From Thermoplasmata archaeon (GTDB lineage Archaea; Thermoplasmatota; Thermoplasmata; Lutacidiplasmatales; UBA184): 64,000 bases of DNA. The notes under the pieces are model-generated. The model did not search any database, was not told the DNA's origin, and saw only the letters and a list, made by a program, of their open reading frames with translations. Location: positions 15,695 to 79,694 of the forward strand of contig JBKQMS010000003.1 of the NCBI GenBank assembly GCA_052326485.1. The letters are read 5' to 3'. Shown here piece by piece: positions 46,895-56,275 of the stretch; the stretch's first letter is position 1, and each line of letters starts with the position of its first letter. Both the position numbers and the translations under genes were made by a program.

Positions 46895-47418
46895 GGCTTC
46901 GCCTCCGCGCGCGGGACGAGTTCGGGGAGCTTCAACTTGTACGCTTCGAGCGGCTGGGGCAGGGGCTTCGGGAGGTGCGCGCCGTTCAGGCGTTCGGCGC
47001 TCGGGAAGCCGCCCTCGCCGTGCGGGACCTCTACGCCTGAATCGAGCAGCCCCTTGAGCGCGGCCGAGAGCCGCCCGCCCCGGGTGGGGTGCCGGATCCC
47101 CGTGTCGAGCACGGCCGATTCGGCGCCCGCGGACTTCGACCGGAGGCCGGCGAGATAGGCCGTCAGGTACGCCGCCGGGGTGGACGAGAAACTGGAGGCG
47201 GGGAACCCGACCCGGGCGAGCTCGGCGCTCTCCGCCACCGCGACCACGCGGTCCCCGACGGGGTCGTACTGTACGATCGCGACCCGGACCCGCCGGCCCG
47301 AGAAGCGGACGACGGCACGGGCGGTGCCGGACTTCAAGAGGCGCAGCCGAACCCGGTAGTCGGTCTTCCCTTCACGGCGGCGGCGGAAGTGGACCCGATA
47401 GCGGGGACCGGTGCTCAT
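46891..47418 (-). CDS. rpl18: 50S ribosomal protein uL18
   Basis: FRRRREGKTDYRVRLRLL N-terminus; ATGA-type overlap with rps5. Confidence 0.9.
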   Translation of the reverse strand: MSTGPRYRVHFRRRREGKTDYRVRLRLLKSGTARAVVRFSGRRVRVAIVQYDPVGDRVVAVAESAELARVGFPASSFSSTPAAYLTAYLAGLRSKSAGAESAVLDTGIRHPTRGGRLSAALKGLLDSGVEVPHGEGGFPSAERLNGAHLPKPLPQPLEAYKLKLPELVPRAEAKP

Positions 47419-47876
47419 GGGGCGCCCTCTCGAAGGTGGCCCGCCAGACGCAGGTTGACGATAAGGTGCGCGCGGCTGCGGAACATCCCGCCCTTCGCGC
47501 GGCGGTAGAACTCCCGGTAGATCGCGGGAGGGATCTTCTTCGTGGAACGAAGCTCCTGGAGGAGCTTGCGCTGGGCGCGGATTCGTCGCATCCATCGCTC
47601 CTTGCGAGGCACCCGGGCGGACGGGGTGCCGCGCCGCGAGCCGGGTCCGGAGTGGCGGCCCTTTCCGACCTCGACCGCATGGAGCCGGGCCCGAGCCCGA
47701 GAGGTCCCCTTCACGGGGGCCCGACGGATCACCCCGGCCTTGATCGCGCTGCGGACGTCCGAGCGGGTCACGGCATCGGCGAGCTCCTCCTGGCTGGCGG
47801 GGTCGATCCAGACCCGTCCCTCGCCGCACTTCAGGAGCGCGGCGGCGAGGCGGCGTTGGTTCGAAAGGTCGGGCAT
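47415..47876 (-). CDS. rpl19e: 50S ribosomal protein eL19
   Basis: LSNQRRLAAALLKCGEGRVWIDP N-terminus. Confidence 0.9.
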   Translation of the reverse strand: MPDLSNQRRLAAALLKCGEGRVWIDPASQEELADAVTRSDVRSAIKAGVIRRAPVKGTSRARARLHAVEVGKGRHSGPGSRRGTPSARVPRKERWMRRIRAQRKLLQELRSTKKIPPAIYREFYRRAKGGMFRSRAHLIVNLRLAGHLREGAP

Positions 47877-47884
47877 CGGACCCT

Positions 47885-48463
47885 CTACGCCTCCCGCTCC
47901 GACTTCACGATGGGGTTGAGCACCCGGATCCCGAGCTTGCGCGCCGCTTCTTCGAGGACGAGGCGGCGGCGGGTGCCGACCGTCCGGGCGATGATCGCCG
48001 CCTCGAGGCGGGCGTTCATCTTCTCGAGGTCGGACGTGGTGTGGACGATGATGGGGCGGAACCCGCTCGGGACGAGGCCACGGACCCGGGCCGGGGAGCG
48101 GTATCCGATCCGGACGACCTTCGGCCGGTAGCCGTAGTGACGGCGCTGCTTCGACTGCAGCCCGCGGGGCCGGCGCCACGACATGTCGCGACCGATGCGG
48201 TAGTACCGGTACCGGGCCTGGCGCCCGAAGAGGGGGCGACGCCGGTCGATCTCGTCGCGAGCCCGCATGAGGGTGCGCTGGGCCGGCGGAAGGTCGGCGC
48301 GTCGGGGAGCACGAGGCCCTTCGTCCTTCTTCGCGGGCCCGGGCTTCTCGGCGGGGGCGGCTTCCTCCTTCGGAGCCGCCTTCACGCGACGTCGTGCCGG
48401 CGCCTTGTGGGGCGCCTCGACGACCGCCTCGTCCTTCGGCTCGGGGGGGCTCTCCTCCGCCAT
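47885..48463 (-). CDS. rpl32e: 50S ribosomal protein eL32 (with K/P/A/E-rich N-terminal extension)
   Basis: Core WRRPRGLQSKQRRHYGYRPKVVRIGY. Confidence 0.9.
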   Translation of the reverse strand: MAEESPPEPKDEAVVEAPHKAPARRRVKAAPKEEAAPAEKPGPAKKDEGPRAPRRADLPPAQRTLMRARDEIDRRRPLFGRQARYRYYRIGRDMSWRRPRGLQSKQRRHYGYRPKVVRIGYRSPARVRGLVPSGFRPIIVHTTSDLEKMNARLEAAIIARTVGTRRRLVLEEAARKLGIRVLNPIVKSEREA

Positions 48464-49026
48464 CAGGTCGCCTCTTTGAGATGGGCTCGGTCGACGAGGT
48501 AGATGCCGTCCTGGAAGACCCGAGGGTCGTACTCCCGGATCCGGCTCGCGCGTTCGATGTTCGCGGCGCTCTGCCCGACCTGCTCGACGTCGTAGCCCGA
48601 GAGGATGACGTAGTCGCCGTCGACGCGGGCGCTGGTGCCGGGAACGAGGTCGGAGGATCGGGGGTGCTTCTCGCCGAGGAAGTTCTCGATGAGGATGTGG
48701 TTCTCCTTCACCTGGACCTTCATCGGGAAGTGCGCGGCGACGACCCGAAGGCGCGCCTCGACGCCGACCGTGAGCGAGCCGGCGAGGTTGCGAAGGTGCG
48801 CTGCCCAGGTCTTCAGGAGCGACTGGGACCGCTTCCGGTGCGAGGGCAGGCGAAGCGTGAGCGTGACCTGACCCGGGCTCGCCTTGAGCTCGAGCGCATC
48901 CGACGGGAACGGGCGGTCGACCGAGCCGAGCGGTCCCTTCGCGTGCAAGCGCCGGCCGGTGAGCGTGAAGGTGACCCCCTTCGGGACGAGGATCGTCTCC
49001 TGGCCGCGGTCCGCTTCAGTAGACAT
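48463..49026 (-). CDS. rpl6: 50S ribosomal protein uL6
   Basis: Two-domain uL6 pattern (ILVPKGVTFTL...VVAAHFPMKV); 1-nt TGATG overlap with rpl32e. Confidence 0.9.
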   Translation of the reverse strand: MSTEADRGQETILVPKGVTFTLTGRRLHAKGPLGSVDRPFPSDALELKASPGQVTLTLRLPSHRKRSQSLLKTWAAHLRNLAGSLTVGVEARLRVVAAHFPMKVQVKENHILIENFLGEKHPRSSDLVPGTSARVDGDYVILSGYDVEQVGQSAANIERASRIREYDPRVFQDGIYLVDRAHLKEAT

Positions 49027-49405
49027 AGGCGAGCAGCCGACCTCCGATCTTGAGCTCCCGGGCCTGTTGGTGGGAGAGGACGCCTCGGTTCGTCGACAGC
49101 ACGAGGATCCCGAAGTCCTGCGCAGGAAGGAAGCGCGACTCGAACCGCTCGAGGCCGTCGAAGGCGACGGAGAGGCGCGGCTTGATCACGCCGCAGTAGT
49201 TGATCCGGCGGGAGAGCGCGACGTCGTACTTCCCTCCGCGCCCGGTCGGCACGAACGTGAACTCCTCGATGTAGTGGTGCTCCCGGAAGATCCGGAGCAC
49301 CTCGGCGATCAGCTTCGAGGTGGGAGCGATCTCGACGTGCGGCTTGCCATCCCGGTCGGCGTGGCGGAGGGTGACGAGCGCGTCGTTCAGTAGGTCCATC
49401 TGCAT
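49016..49405 (-). CDS. rps8: 30S ribosomal protein uS8
   Basis: DLLNDALVTLRHADRDGK...GILVLSTNRGVLSHQQARELKIGGRLLAYVY. Confidence 0.9.
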   Translation of the reverse strand: MQMDLLNDALVTLRHADRDGKPHVEIAPTSKLIAEVLRIFREHHYIEEFTFVPTGRGGKYDVALSRRINYCGVIKPRLSVAFDGLERFESRFLPAQDFGILVLSTNRGVLSHQQARELKIGGRLLAYVY

Positions 49406-49418
49406 CGTTCGTCCCTCC

Positions 49419-49568
49419 TCACTGGTACTTGCGGAATCCCAGGTCCATCGCGACCTCGCGGAAGCACTGGCGGCAGAGGTGGAGGCCGTAGCGGCGAACG
49501 ATTCCGCGCTTGCGGTCGCAACGCAGGCAGCCGTCCTTGCGACCGAAGTTCTTCTTGGGCTCACTCAA
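49419..49568 (-). CDS. rps14: 30S ribosomal protein uS14 (zinc-binding type), not in the supplied ORF track
   Basis: Hand translation of the minus strand gives (M)[51 protein letters not shown] start overlaps the rpl5 stop by 8 nt. Lies at the expected uL5-uS14-uS8 position. Confidence 0.85.
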   Translation of the reverse strand: MSEPKKNFGRKDGCLRCDRKRGIVRRYGLHLCRQCFREVAMDLGFRKYQ

Positions 49569-50124
49569 GGATCGTCACCCCCAGCGTGGAGACGAGGAAG
49601 CCCCGGGTCTCGTCCCGGGTCGAGCGGAGCGACTTCGGCAGGGGCCGCGATTGGAGCCGACGATTGCGGATCCGGTGGCCCGCGCGGCCCATCTCGACCG
49701 CGATGTCCATCCCGTGGATCCCGATCGCCGGGTCGTACTTCATCCCCGAGAAGTCGGTGTAGTCCGCGATCCCGAAGGAGAAGTTCCCGTTCCGGTCGAT
49801 CGAGTCGATGTCGAACTGCTTGTCGCGGGCCTCGAACGCCCGTCGGAGGAAGTCGAGCGCGGCCTCTCCGCGGAGGGTGACCTTCGCCCCGATCTCCTGG
49901 CCTTGGCGGATGCCGAAGTCCCGGTTCGTGGAGTGCGAACGGGTCGCGACGGGCTTCTGGTGCGTGACCATCTGGAGTACCTTCTCGGCCTTCGTGCGGG
50001 GCTCGCCCGATTCCCCGACCCCGGCGTTGACGACCACCTTGATGACCCGAACGGCGCGGTACGGGTTGGTTCCGGACGGACCGGTGGGGGGCGGGACGGC
50101 GGCGGCGGAGGGCGGCGCGCTCAC
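49561..50124 (-). CDS. rpl5: 50S ribosomal protein uL5
   Basis: [15 protein letters not shown]...[13 protein letters not shown] core. Confidence 0.9.
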   Translation of the reverse strand: MSAPPSAAAVPPPTGPSGTNPYRAVRVIKVVVNAGVGESGEPRTKAEKVLQMVTHQKPVATRSHSTNRDFGIRQGQEIGAKVTLRGEAALDFLRRAFEARDKQFDIDSIDRNGNFSFGIADYTDFSGMKYDPAIGIHGMDIAVEMGRAGHRIRNRRLQSRPLPKSLRSTRDETRGFLVSTLGVTILE

Positions 50125-50837
50125 CGGTCGACCCCCTCCGCGAGCGTGACCTCGGGCGTGTTCTGGCCGACGACGAAGACGTACTCCTTGATCGTCGAGA
50201 ACCCCTCCTTGAAGTGGACCAGGTTCGGTTGGGAGGAGTTCCGGACCTCGACCCGGTCGACCCGGGCGAGCTCTCCCACATGGGACCCGCCCGCGACGTA
50301 GGCGAGGGACCCGGGCGCGAGAGGCAGGTGCTCGACCACCTTCTGCTCGGGCAGCGCGATTTTGACCGAGTCGCCGACCCGGTACGGGGTCGATGCCGCC
50401 ACGAGGAAGTTCCGTCCATCGTGCAGCGTCACCTCGACCCGACCGCCGGGCACGGCGTGCTTGAACCGGACCCGTCCGATCTTGACCGCGGCCTCGGTGG
50501 AAGGGATCGGGACGAGGGTCAGCTTTCCCCGCCGGTCCTTGACGACCCTAAAGTGGGCGTCGAGCGGTGCCGCGAGGGAGAGGGTGTCCATGAGCCCGAG
50601 CCCACGGGAGAGGTCGTTCGCGACCTTCCCATCTACCTTGACCGCGCCCGAGCGCAGGAGGAGCCGCGCTTCGCGCGTGCTCGTGACGACGTGACGCAGG
50701 TCCCGCAGGACGAGCAGGAGGGGGATCGACTGGTCCTGAGCATGCGGCCCCGGGGCGGGGCGCTTCAGCCACTTCGTCCCCTTCCGGGGGACCGTCCAGG
50801 TCCGGGGCGCGGCCCGGCGCTTCAGACGGAAGGTCAT
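50121..50837 (-). CDS. rps4e: 30S ribosomal protein eS4
   Basis: LKRRAAPRTWTVPRKGTKW N-terminus, followed by S4 and KOW domains. Confidence 0.9.
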   Translation of the reverse strand: MTFRLKRRAAPRTWTVPRKGTKWLKRPAPGPHAQDQSIPLLLVLRDLRHVVTSTREARLLLRSGAVKVDGKVANDLSRGLGLMDTLSLAAPLDAHFRVVKDRRGKLTLVPIPSTEAAVKIGRVRFKHAVPGGRVEVTLHDGRNFLVAASTPYRVGDSVKIALPEQKVVEHLPLAPGSLAYVAGGSHVGELARVDRVEVRNSSQPNLVHFKEGFSTIKEYVFVVGQNTPEVTLAEGVDR

Positions 50838-51454
50838 TCCTCTTCCTCCTTCGCGGGCTTCGCCCGGGCGCGTCGCGCCGGCTTCGCGGGAGCCACGTCG
50901 TCCGCTCCGTCATCCTCGGTGGTGGCGGAGTCGTCCGGGGCGGCGGTCTCCTCGGGTTCGGCCGGGCCCTCGGCACTCGGGGGCGTCGCGGCGGCGGGTT
51001 CGGGGGACGTGGCGGCCTCGGGGGCCGGGGCAGCCTCGGGGGCCTCTTCGTCCTCGGCGACTTTCTCCCCGCGCTCCTCGGGCGTGACGTCCTCGTCCCG
51101 GACGCGCATCGAGCGGCGGCGCCAGGGGTCGGAGAGGTTGAGCCGCGTGATGACGAGGTGACCGACGCCGAGCGAGAGCGGTTTCATCTTCTCGTCGGCC
51201 GTCTTGAGCGTGACGTTGTCGAGCGTGACCGAGTAGCCGCGGCGGTCGACCCGAGCGACGCGCTCCTCCCGGCCGGCGAAGCTGCCCGAGAGGACCCGCA
51301 CGGTGTCCCCCTTGCGGACGGGGAGCGAGCGACGGTGGAACCGAGAGCGGAGGTCCCGAGAGAGCGGAACGCCCATTCGGATCCGGCGCTCGAACGAATC
51401 GGCCGTGTAGAGCGCCTTTCTCTGGCGACGCGGGGAGTGAGGAGAGGTCGTCAT
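50834..51454 (-). CDS. rpl24: 50S ribosomal protein uL24 with an ~85-aa acidic P/E/A-rich C-terminal tail
   Basis: KOW core VRKGDTVRVLSGSFAGREERV. Confidence 0.9.
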   Translation of the reverse strand: MTTSPHSPRRQRKALYTADSFERRIRMGVPLSRDLRSRFHRRSLPVRKGDTVRVLSGSFAGREERVARVDRRGYSVTLDNVTLKTADEKMKPLSLGVGHLVITRLNLSDPWRRRSMRVRDEDVTPEERGEKVAEDEEAPEAAPAPEAATSPEPAAATPPSAEGPAEPEETAAPDDSATTEDDGADDVAPAKPARRARAKPAKEEEE

Positions 51455-51467
51455 CCGGGGAAGCCTC

Positions 51468-51866
51468 CTACAGGATGATCGACGACGCCGCCGCGATCCG
51501 CGGCCAGCGTTCGGCGGCCTCCTTCGCGACGGGGCCCTTGATCTGGGAGCCCTTGATCTCCCCGGTCTCGGTGGTGATGACGGCGGCGTTGTCCTCGAAC
51601 TGGACCCGCGTCCCGTCCGGCCGCCGGAACGGCGCCCGGGCGCGAACGATCACGGCGTGCAGGACCTGACGCCGCATCTCGGGAGTCCCTTTCTTGACGG
51701 AGACGATGATGAGGTCGGCGATCCCCGCCCTCGGGTAGCGGCGGTGGGTCCCGTGCCAGTTCCGTACGGCGATGATCTCGACGACCTTGGCGCCGGTGTT
51801 GTCGACGCACTCGAGCCGCGCCCCCTTCGGGAGGGACCGGCTCCGCCGGCCCGCGAGACCCTTCAT
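51468..51866 (-). CDS. rpl14: 50S ribosomal protein uL14
   Basis: [17 protein letters not shown]...[23 protein letters not shown]. Confidence 0.95.
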   Translation of the reverse strand: MKGLAGRRSRSLPKGARLECVDNTGAKVVEIIAVRNWHGTHRRYPRAGIADLIIVSVKKGTPEMRRQVLHAVIVRARAPFRRPDGTRVQFEDNAAVITTETGEIKGSQIKGPVAKEAAERWPRIAAASSIIL

Positions 51867-52285
51867 GGCTGGGCCTCCTCGACTTCGGCGGGGGCCTCGA
51901 CCGGTTCCTCACCGCGAACGCGGCGCGCGGCCTCGCCGAGGTCCTCGACGATGCAGAACGAGACGAGCTTCGAGAGCGGTCGCGTCTCGGCGATCCGGAC
52001 GCGGTGGCCCACGGGGACGTTGAGGCAGGGCGGAGCGTGCGCGAGGTAGCGCCGTCGGCGCTTCTCGTACCGTTCGAACTTCGCTACGTAATGGAGCAGC
52101 GTGCGCTCGACGACCGCGGTGCGCTGCATCCCCGTCGAGACGACCGTCCCTTCCAGGACCTGGCCGCGCACCGGGAGCCGCCCGTGGAACGGGCAGTGCC
52201 GGTCGTCGCACCGGGCCTTCGGGGCCCGCACGTCGAGGCCGATGTCCCGGGCCCGGCGAGCGGTCGGTGCACGGGTTGGGGTCAT
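51863..52285 (-). CDS. rps17: 30S ribosomal protein uS17
   Basis: [25 protein letters not shown]...[11 protein letters not shown]. Confidence 0.9.
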   Translation of the reverse strand: MTPTRAPTARRARDIGLDVRAPKARCDDRHCPFHGRLPVRGQVLEGTVVSTGMQRTAVVERTLLHYVAKFERYEKRRRRYLAHAPPCLNVPVGHRVRIAETRPLSKLVSFCIVEDLGEAARRVRGEEPVEAPAEVEEAQP

Positions 52286-52608
52286 GAGAGCCTCCGAGAA
52301 CCGCCCGCAAGGAGGCGTTTCGTGCGGTCCTCGGGCCGCACGCGTAGGGTGTCCCCTCTTAACGGTAACTCTCCCGAGGCGAGAGCGATCGTGCCCTCGA
52401 GGCCGGCCTTCGGGACGCGCACCGCGCGCGTCGCGCCGGCAAGCCGGACGGTGAAGGTGGAGAGGGATTCGTCGATGAGCGTTCCCGCGACGGGCGAGCG
52501 GAGCGCAGGCGACGCGGGGAACGAGACCGATGCGCCCAGAATCTCGCCGGCGAGGGCTTCCCGTTCGGCGCGGGAGAGCGGGGTGTGGGCGGGGGGTACC
52601 TTCGGCAT
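52282..52608 (-). CDS. rnp1: RNase P protein component 1 (Rpp29/Pop4)
   Basis: GEILGASV...VAGTLIDESLSTFTV...VPK...LRVRPEDR. Conserved position between uL29 and uS17. Confidence 0.8.
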   Translation of the reverse strand: MPKVPPAHTPLSRAEREALAGEILGASVSFPASPALRSPVAGTLIDESLSTFTVRLAGATRAVRVPKAGLEGTIALASGELPLRGDTLRVRPEDRTKRLLAGGSRRLS

Positions 52609-52627
52609 CGTCTCACCTACGCGCCTC

Positions 52628-52852
52628 CTAAGGACGGCGGGCCTCCCGTGGGGCGTTGGCCCGCTCGCTCAGGACGGTGAGGGCGCGGGCGACGTTGGTC
52701 CTTAGGGCTCGCATGCGGCCCGGGCTCGGCGGCGCGCCGCCCATGGCGGCGGTCCCGCGCTCCCGGAGCAGAAGGTTCTCGTCGTCGGCGATCCGGCGCA
52801 GGAGCTCCTCGTCGGTGAGGCCTCGCAGTTCCTTCATTCGCTGGAGCGTCAT
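52628..52852 (-). CDS. rpl29: 50S ribosomal protein uL29
   Basis: MKELRGLTDEELLRRIADDENLLLRER pattern. C-terminal part of a 379-aa track ORF whose remainder is junk. Confidence 0.9.
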   Translation of the reverse strand: MTLQRMKELRGLTDEELLRRIADDENLLLRERGTAAMGGAPPSPGRMRALRTNVARALTVLSERANAPREARRP

Positions 52853-53544
52853 GGTAGGTCGGGCACCTCTACCTCGGGTCCCAGCGGCGCGACGGCGGGG
52901 ACCTCCTCGACCGGCGGGAGCACGACGGGGACCGGCTTCGGTCGGTCGGCGACGCCCTTCACAACGATCTCGTCGGGGAGCTTCGCCGTCGGGCGCATGA
53001 TCCAGACGTTCACGCCGATGGCGCCGGGCTTGAGCCGGGCCTGGTAGAACCCCTTGTCGATCCAGAGATGGACCGCCTCCCCGCAGTACTTGATCGTCCC
53101 GGCCTTGAACCGCTCCGTGCGGTGGCGCTCGCCGGTGAGCTTTCCGGAAAGGATCACCTGGCAGCCGCGGGCACCGGCCTCCATGATCCGTCGTACGGTA
53201 GAGTGCCCGGCGCGGCGGAAGTGCCAACCCCGCTCGAGGGTCGAGGCGAGCTTCTCGCTCATCAGCTGCGCGTTCAGGCTCGGCGCTCGCTCCTCCTGGA
53301 CCTCGATCTGAGGGTTGTCGAGCTGGAATCGCGCGTGGATGTCCTCGGTGAGCCGCTTGATGAGCTCGCCGCGGTGGCCGATCAGGATCCCCGGGCGCTC
53401 GCAGATCAGCGTGACCCGCGTGCCCATCGGGGTCCGCGTGATGTCGAGCCCGCCGAAGCCGGCGCGCGCGCTCTCTTGGACCAGGTAGTCCTTGAGAAGG
53501 ACGCGTCGCATCTGCTCCTGGATCACCTTGCGCTCCGCGGTCAT
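52849..53544 (-). CDS. rps3: 30S ribosomal protein uS3
   Basis: KH domain GILIGHRGELIKRL and the C-terminal domain GARGCQVILSGKL. Confidence 0.95.
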   Translation of the reverse strand: MTAERKVIQEQMRRVLLKDYLVQESARAGFGGLDITRTPMGTRVTLICERPGILIGHRGELIKRLTEDIHARFQLDNPQIEVQEERAPSLNAQLMSEKLASTLERGWHFRRAGHSTVRRIMEAGARGCQVILSGKLTGERHRTERFKAGTIKYCGEAVHLWIDKGFYQARLKPGAIGVNVWIMRPTAKLPDEIVVKGVADRPKPVPVVLPPVEEVPAVAPLGPEVEVPDLP

Positions 53545-53999
53545 GCGGCCTCCTTGCGCTCGGCGAGGACAATCTCGATGTGGGTCGTCTGCTCGTTCCA
53601 GGCGGTGGCCCGGCCGTGCGCCCGCGGCATCGTCGCCTTGCGGATGCGGCCCCGGCTGCTCGCGGCGATCTTGACGAAGAGGCGGTCGGCGTCCATGCTC
53701 TCGTACTCCGCGTTCTCGCGCGCGTTCTCGAGGACCTGGAGGACGTTCTTCGCGACCTTCTTCGCATATCGTCCCGGGCCGGTGCCGGTGTGGTGGGCGG
53801 TTTCCTGGTTGTAGCGGCGGAACGGAATGGCGCGCCTCAAGGCGATGGCGTCCTCGAGGATCATCTTCGCGCGCTCGACCGGGAGCCCGCGGATCGCGTT
53901 GAGGATCTCGTAGGTCTTCTTGGGGGAAATGGGAAGCTCGATCCCCCGCGCCCGGGCGACGCTGACTCCCGACTCGGCACGGTAGGTGTAGCCCTTCAT
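53541..53999 (-). CDS. rpl22: 50S ribosomal protein uL22
   Basis: ARARGIELPISPKKTYEILNAIRG...HIEIVL. Confidence 0.9.
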   Translation of the reverse strand: MKGYTYRAESGVSVARARGIELPISPKKTYEILNAIRGLPVERAKMILEDAIALRRAIPFRRYNQETAHHTGTGPGRYAKKVAKNVLQVLENARENAEYESMDADRLFVKIAASSRGRIRKATMPRAHGRATAWNEQTTHIEIVLAERKEAA

Positions 54000-54015
54000 C
54001 GCCCGACCTCCCTCC

Positions 54016-54441
54016 TCACTTCAGCGGCATGAACTTCGACGAGCGCGTCGCCCCGACGCCCGGGCCCGAGTGCTTCTCGAAGCGGCGGGTGAGGGCGAAC
54101 TCCCCGAAGTAGTGTCCGATCATCTCCGGTCGGACCTCGACATCCTTGAACTCCTTGCCGTTGTGGATCGCTACATGGCGCCCCACGTGCTCCGGGAGCA
54201 CGAGGGCGTCGCGGCAGTGCGTGCGGACGACCTTCCCCGGGGCGGTCGTGCGCATCCGCTCGAAGAACAGGGAGGTTTCGGAGTTGAACCCGCGCCGGAT
54301 CGATCGGCGCGCCCGGGCCGTGAGCACCTTCGTGAGCTCCTCGAGGCTCATCGCCTGGAGCTCGGGAAGGGTCTTCCCCCGGAGCGTGAACTCCCGCTTC
54401 CGACGGGCCTCGACCTTCTTCGCGCGACGAGCTTTCGGCAT
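54016..54441 (-). CDS. rps19: 30S ribosomal protein uS19
   Basis: HVGRHVAIHNGKEFKDVEVRPEMIGHYFGEFALTR. Confidence 0.95.
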   Translation of the reverse strand: MPKARRAKKVEARRKREFTLRGKTLPELQAMSLEELTKVLTARARRSIRRGFNSETSLFFERMRTTAPGKVVRTHCRDALVLPEHVGRHVAIHNGKEFKDVEVRPEMIGHYFGEFALTRRFEKHSGPGVGATRSSKFMPLK

Positions 54442-54447
54442 GTCGAC

Positions 54448-55176
54448 CTACCTCCCTCTCCCCTCTCGGAGCTGGCGCTTCTTGCGGGCGGAGCGGGAGA
54501 ACCGTCCGACCTTCGCCCCTGGCCACGTTCCGCTCGAGACGGTGCTCGGGCGTCCGACATGCTGGTGGGCCCCGCCACCGAACGGGTGGTTGACCGGGTT
54601 CATCGCGACCCCGCGGACCTTGAACGGCTGTCGGGCGAGCGTGCGGGTCGCCCAGAACTTCTTGCCGGCCTTGATGATCGGCCGCTCCTTGCGACCGCCG
54701 CCCCCGACCGCGCCGACCTGGGCACGGCACGTGGCGAGAAGGAGCTTGAAGGCGCCCGAGGGAAGCTGGACGGTCACGTCGGAACCGGCGTGCGCGACCA
54801 CGAGCGCGCTCGCGCCAGCGACCCGCACCAGGCGACCTCCGTCGAACGGTTTGACCTCGAGGTTCGAGACGAGCGTCCCGTCGGGGATCCGGGAGAGCGG
54901 GAGGATGGAACCCCGGTCGAGCTTTCCTTCCTGGAAGGCGACCGTGTCACCGGTGGCGAGGCCTGCGGTGGCCAGGATGCGGACCGTCGAACCCTCGGGG
55001 GCCAGCACCTCGGCCACGGGCGCGGAGCGTCCCGGAGCCGGGAGGATCGCGGTGACCGTCCCTTCGCCGACGATGCTGGGCGAGGGATGGTAGATGGCCC
55101 CGTGATGACGGTGGCTCGGGGACCGGTATCGTCCCGTTCCGCTGCCGCGGCGGCGAGAGATGATGCGCTTTCCCAT
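54448..55176 (-). CDS. rpl2: 50S ribosomal protein uL2
   Basis: MGKRIISRRRG...VRGVAMNPVNHPFGGG. Confidence 0.95.
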   Translation of the reverse strand: MGKRIISRRRGSGTGRYRSPSHRHHGAIYHPSPSIVGEGTVTAILPAPGRSAPVAEVLAPEGSTVRILATAGLATGDTVAFQEGKLDRGSILPLSRIPDGTLVSNLEVKPFDGGRLVRVAGASALVVAHAGSDVTVQLPSGAFKLLLATCRAQVGAVGGGGRKERPIIKAGKKFWATRTLARQPFKVRGVAMNPVNHPFGGGAHQHVGRPSTVSSGTWPGAKVGRFSRSARKKRQLREGRGR

Positions 55177-55439
55177 CAGAACACTCCTGCCCGTCCGCCG
55201 ATGTCCTCGGCGGAGAAGTCCTTCGTGAACCGGACCGTGGCGATCTTTCCCGTCCGAACGATCTTCACGGTGATCTTCTCGACCTTGCATTGATAGGTCG
55301 ATTCGACCGCCCTGCGGATCTGCGCGCGGTTCGCCCGCCGGTCGACGACGAACTCGAGCTTGTTCTGCCGCTCCATCTCGTCCATCGACTTCTCGGTGAC
55401 GTAGGCGTGCAGGATGATCCGGTGGCGGACGCCGCTCAT
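55176..55439 (-). CDS. rpl23: 50S ribosomal protein uL23
   Basis: HAYVTEKSMDEMERQNKLEFVVDRRANRAQIRRAVE. Confidence 0.9.
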   Translation of the reverse strand: MSGVRHRIILHAYVTEKSMDEMERQNKLEFVVDRRANRAQIRRAVESTYQCKVEKITVKIVRTGKIATVRFTKDFSAEDIGGRAGVF

Positions 55440-56275
55440 GGCGCGACCTCCCCGAGCCGTTCGCGCAGGGACTCGACCGCCGCGCGGGAGAACATCGTGA
55501 GACGACCGGCCGACCCGCCCGGGGCGAGGTCCTCGGTGGCGAGCCGGCGCGCGGGTACGACCTCGACCCCGGCGAGGTTGCGGAAGCCGAGGGCCTTGCC
55601 CGGACCGCTCGTCACCAGAAGGAGGCTCCGAGGCGTGCGGCGAACGCGGCCCCGGCGTCGGGCTCGGCCGGACGCGCGGAGGTGCGTCCCCGCGCGCGCC
55701 CGCTCGACGTCGTCCCAGAGCTTGAGGCGCTCCAGGAGGAGGCGGGCGTCCTGGGTGCGGTCGATCTCCTCGACCGGGTCGTCCACGACGACCGGGAGGT
55801 GGAGGGCGGCCGGGAACGCGTGTCCCCGGTCCGTGGCGAGCTTCGGTTCCCGCGTCGCCGCCAGCGCGGAGGCGAACGCGAGCCGTCGCTCCTTGCGGTT
55901 GATCTTCTTCCCCCAGATCCGTTCGACCTTGGGAGGATGGGCCGGCCGGCCGCCGACCGTGTTCGGGGACTGCGCGCCGCGCATGGAGTCCATCAGCCTC
56001 GGCGTTCGCGCGACGCCCTTTCCCTTGCCCGACCACTGGACCGAATGCCGTGCCCCGGCGGTCGGACTGGTCCCGTACGGCTGCCGCCGGTGCGTCTGGG
56101 CCGCGACGACCGCCCGCTGGATGAGGTCCGGGCGTACCGGCGTCGAGAAGGCGAGCGGAAGAGCGACCACCACCCCCGGCTTGCCATCGAGCCCGACCAG
56201 GTGGACCCGGTGGTGGGGCGTCGCTCGCTCGGCGGGCGAGGGGTGGTCGACCGAGGGCGCGTCCGGAGTCGTCAT
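55436..56275 (-). CDS. rpl4: 50S ribosomal protein uL4
   Basis: RQPYGTSPTAGARHSVQWSGKGKGVARTPR pattern; operon position. Confidence 0.9.
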   Translation of the reverse strand: MTTPDAPSVDHPSPAERATPHHRVHLVGLDGKPGVVVALPLAFSTPVRPDLIQRAVVAAQTHRRQPYGTSPTAGARHSVQWSGKGKGVARTPRLMDSMRGAQSPNTVGGRPAHPPKVERIWGKKINRKERRLAFASALAATREPKLATDRGHAFPAALHLPVVVDDPVEEIDRTQDARLLLERLKLWDDVERARAGTHLRASGRARRRGRVRRTPRSLLLVTSGPGKALGFRNLAGVEVVPARRLATEDLAPGGSAGRLTMFSRAAVESLRERLGEVAP

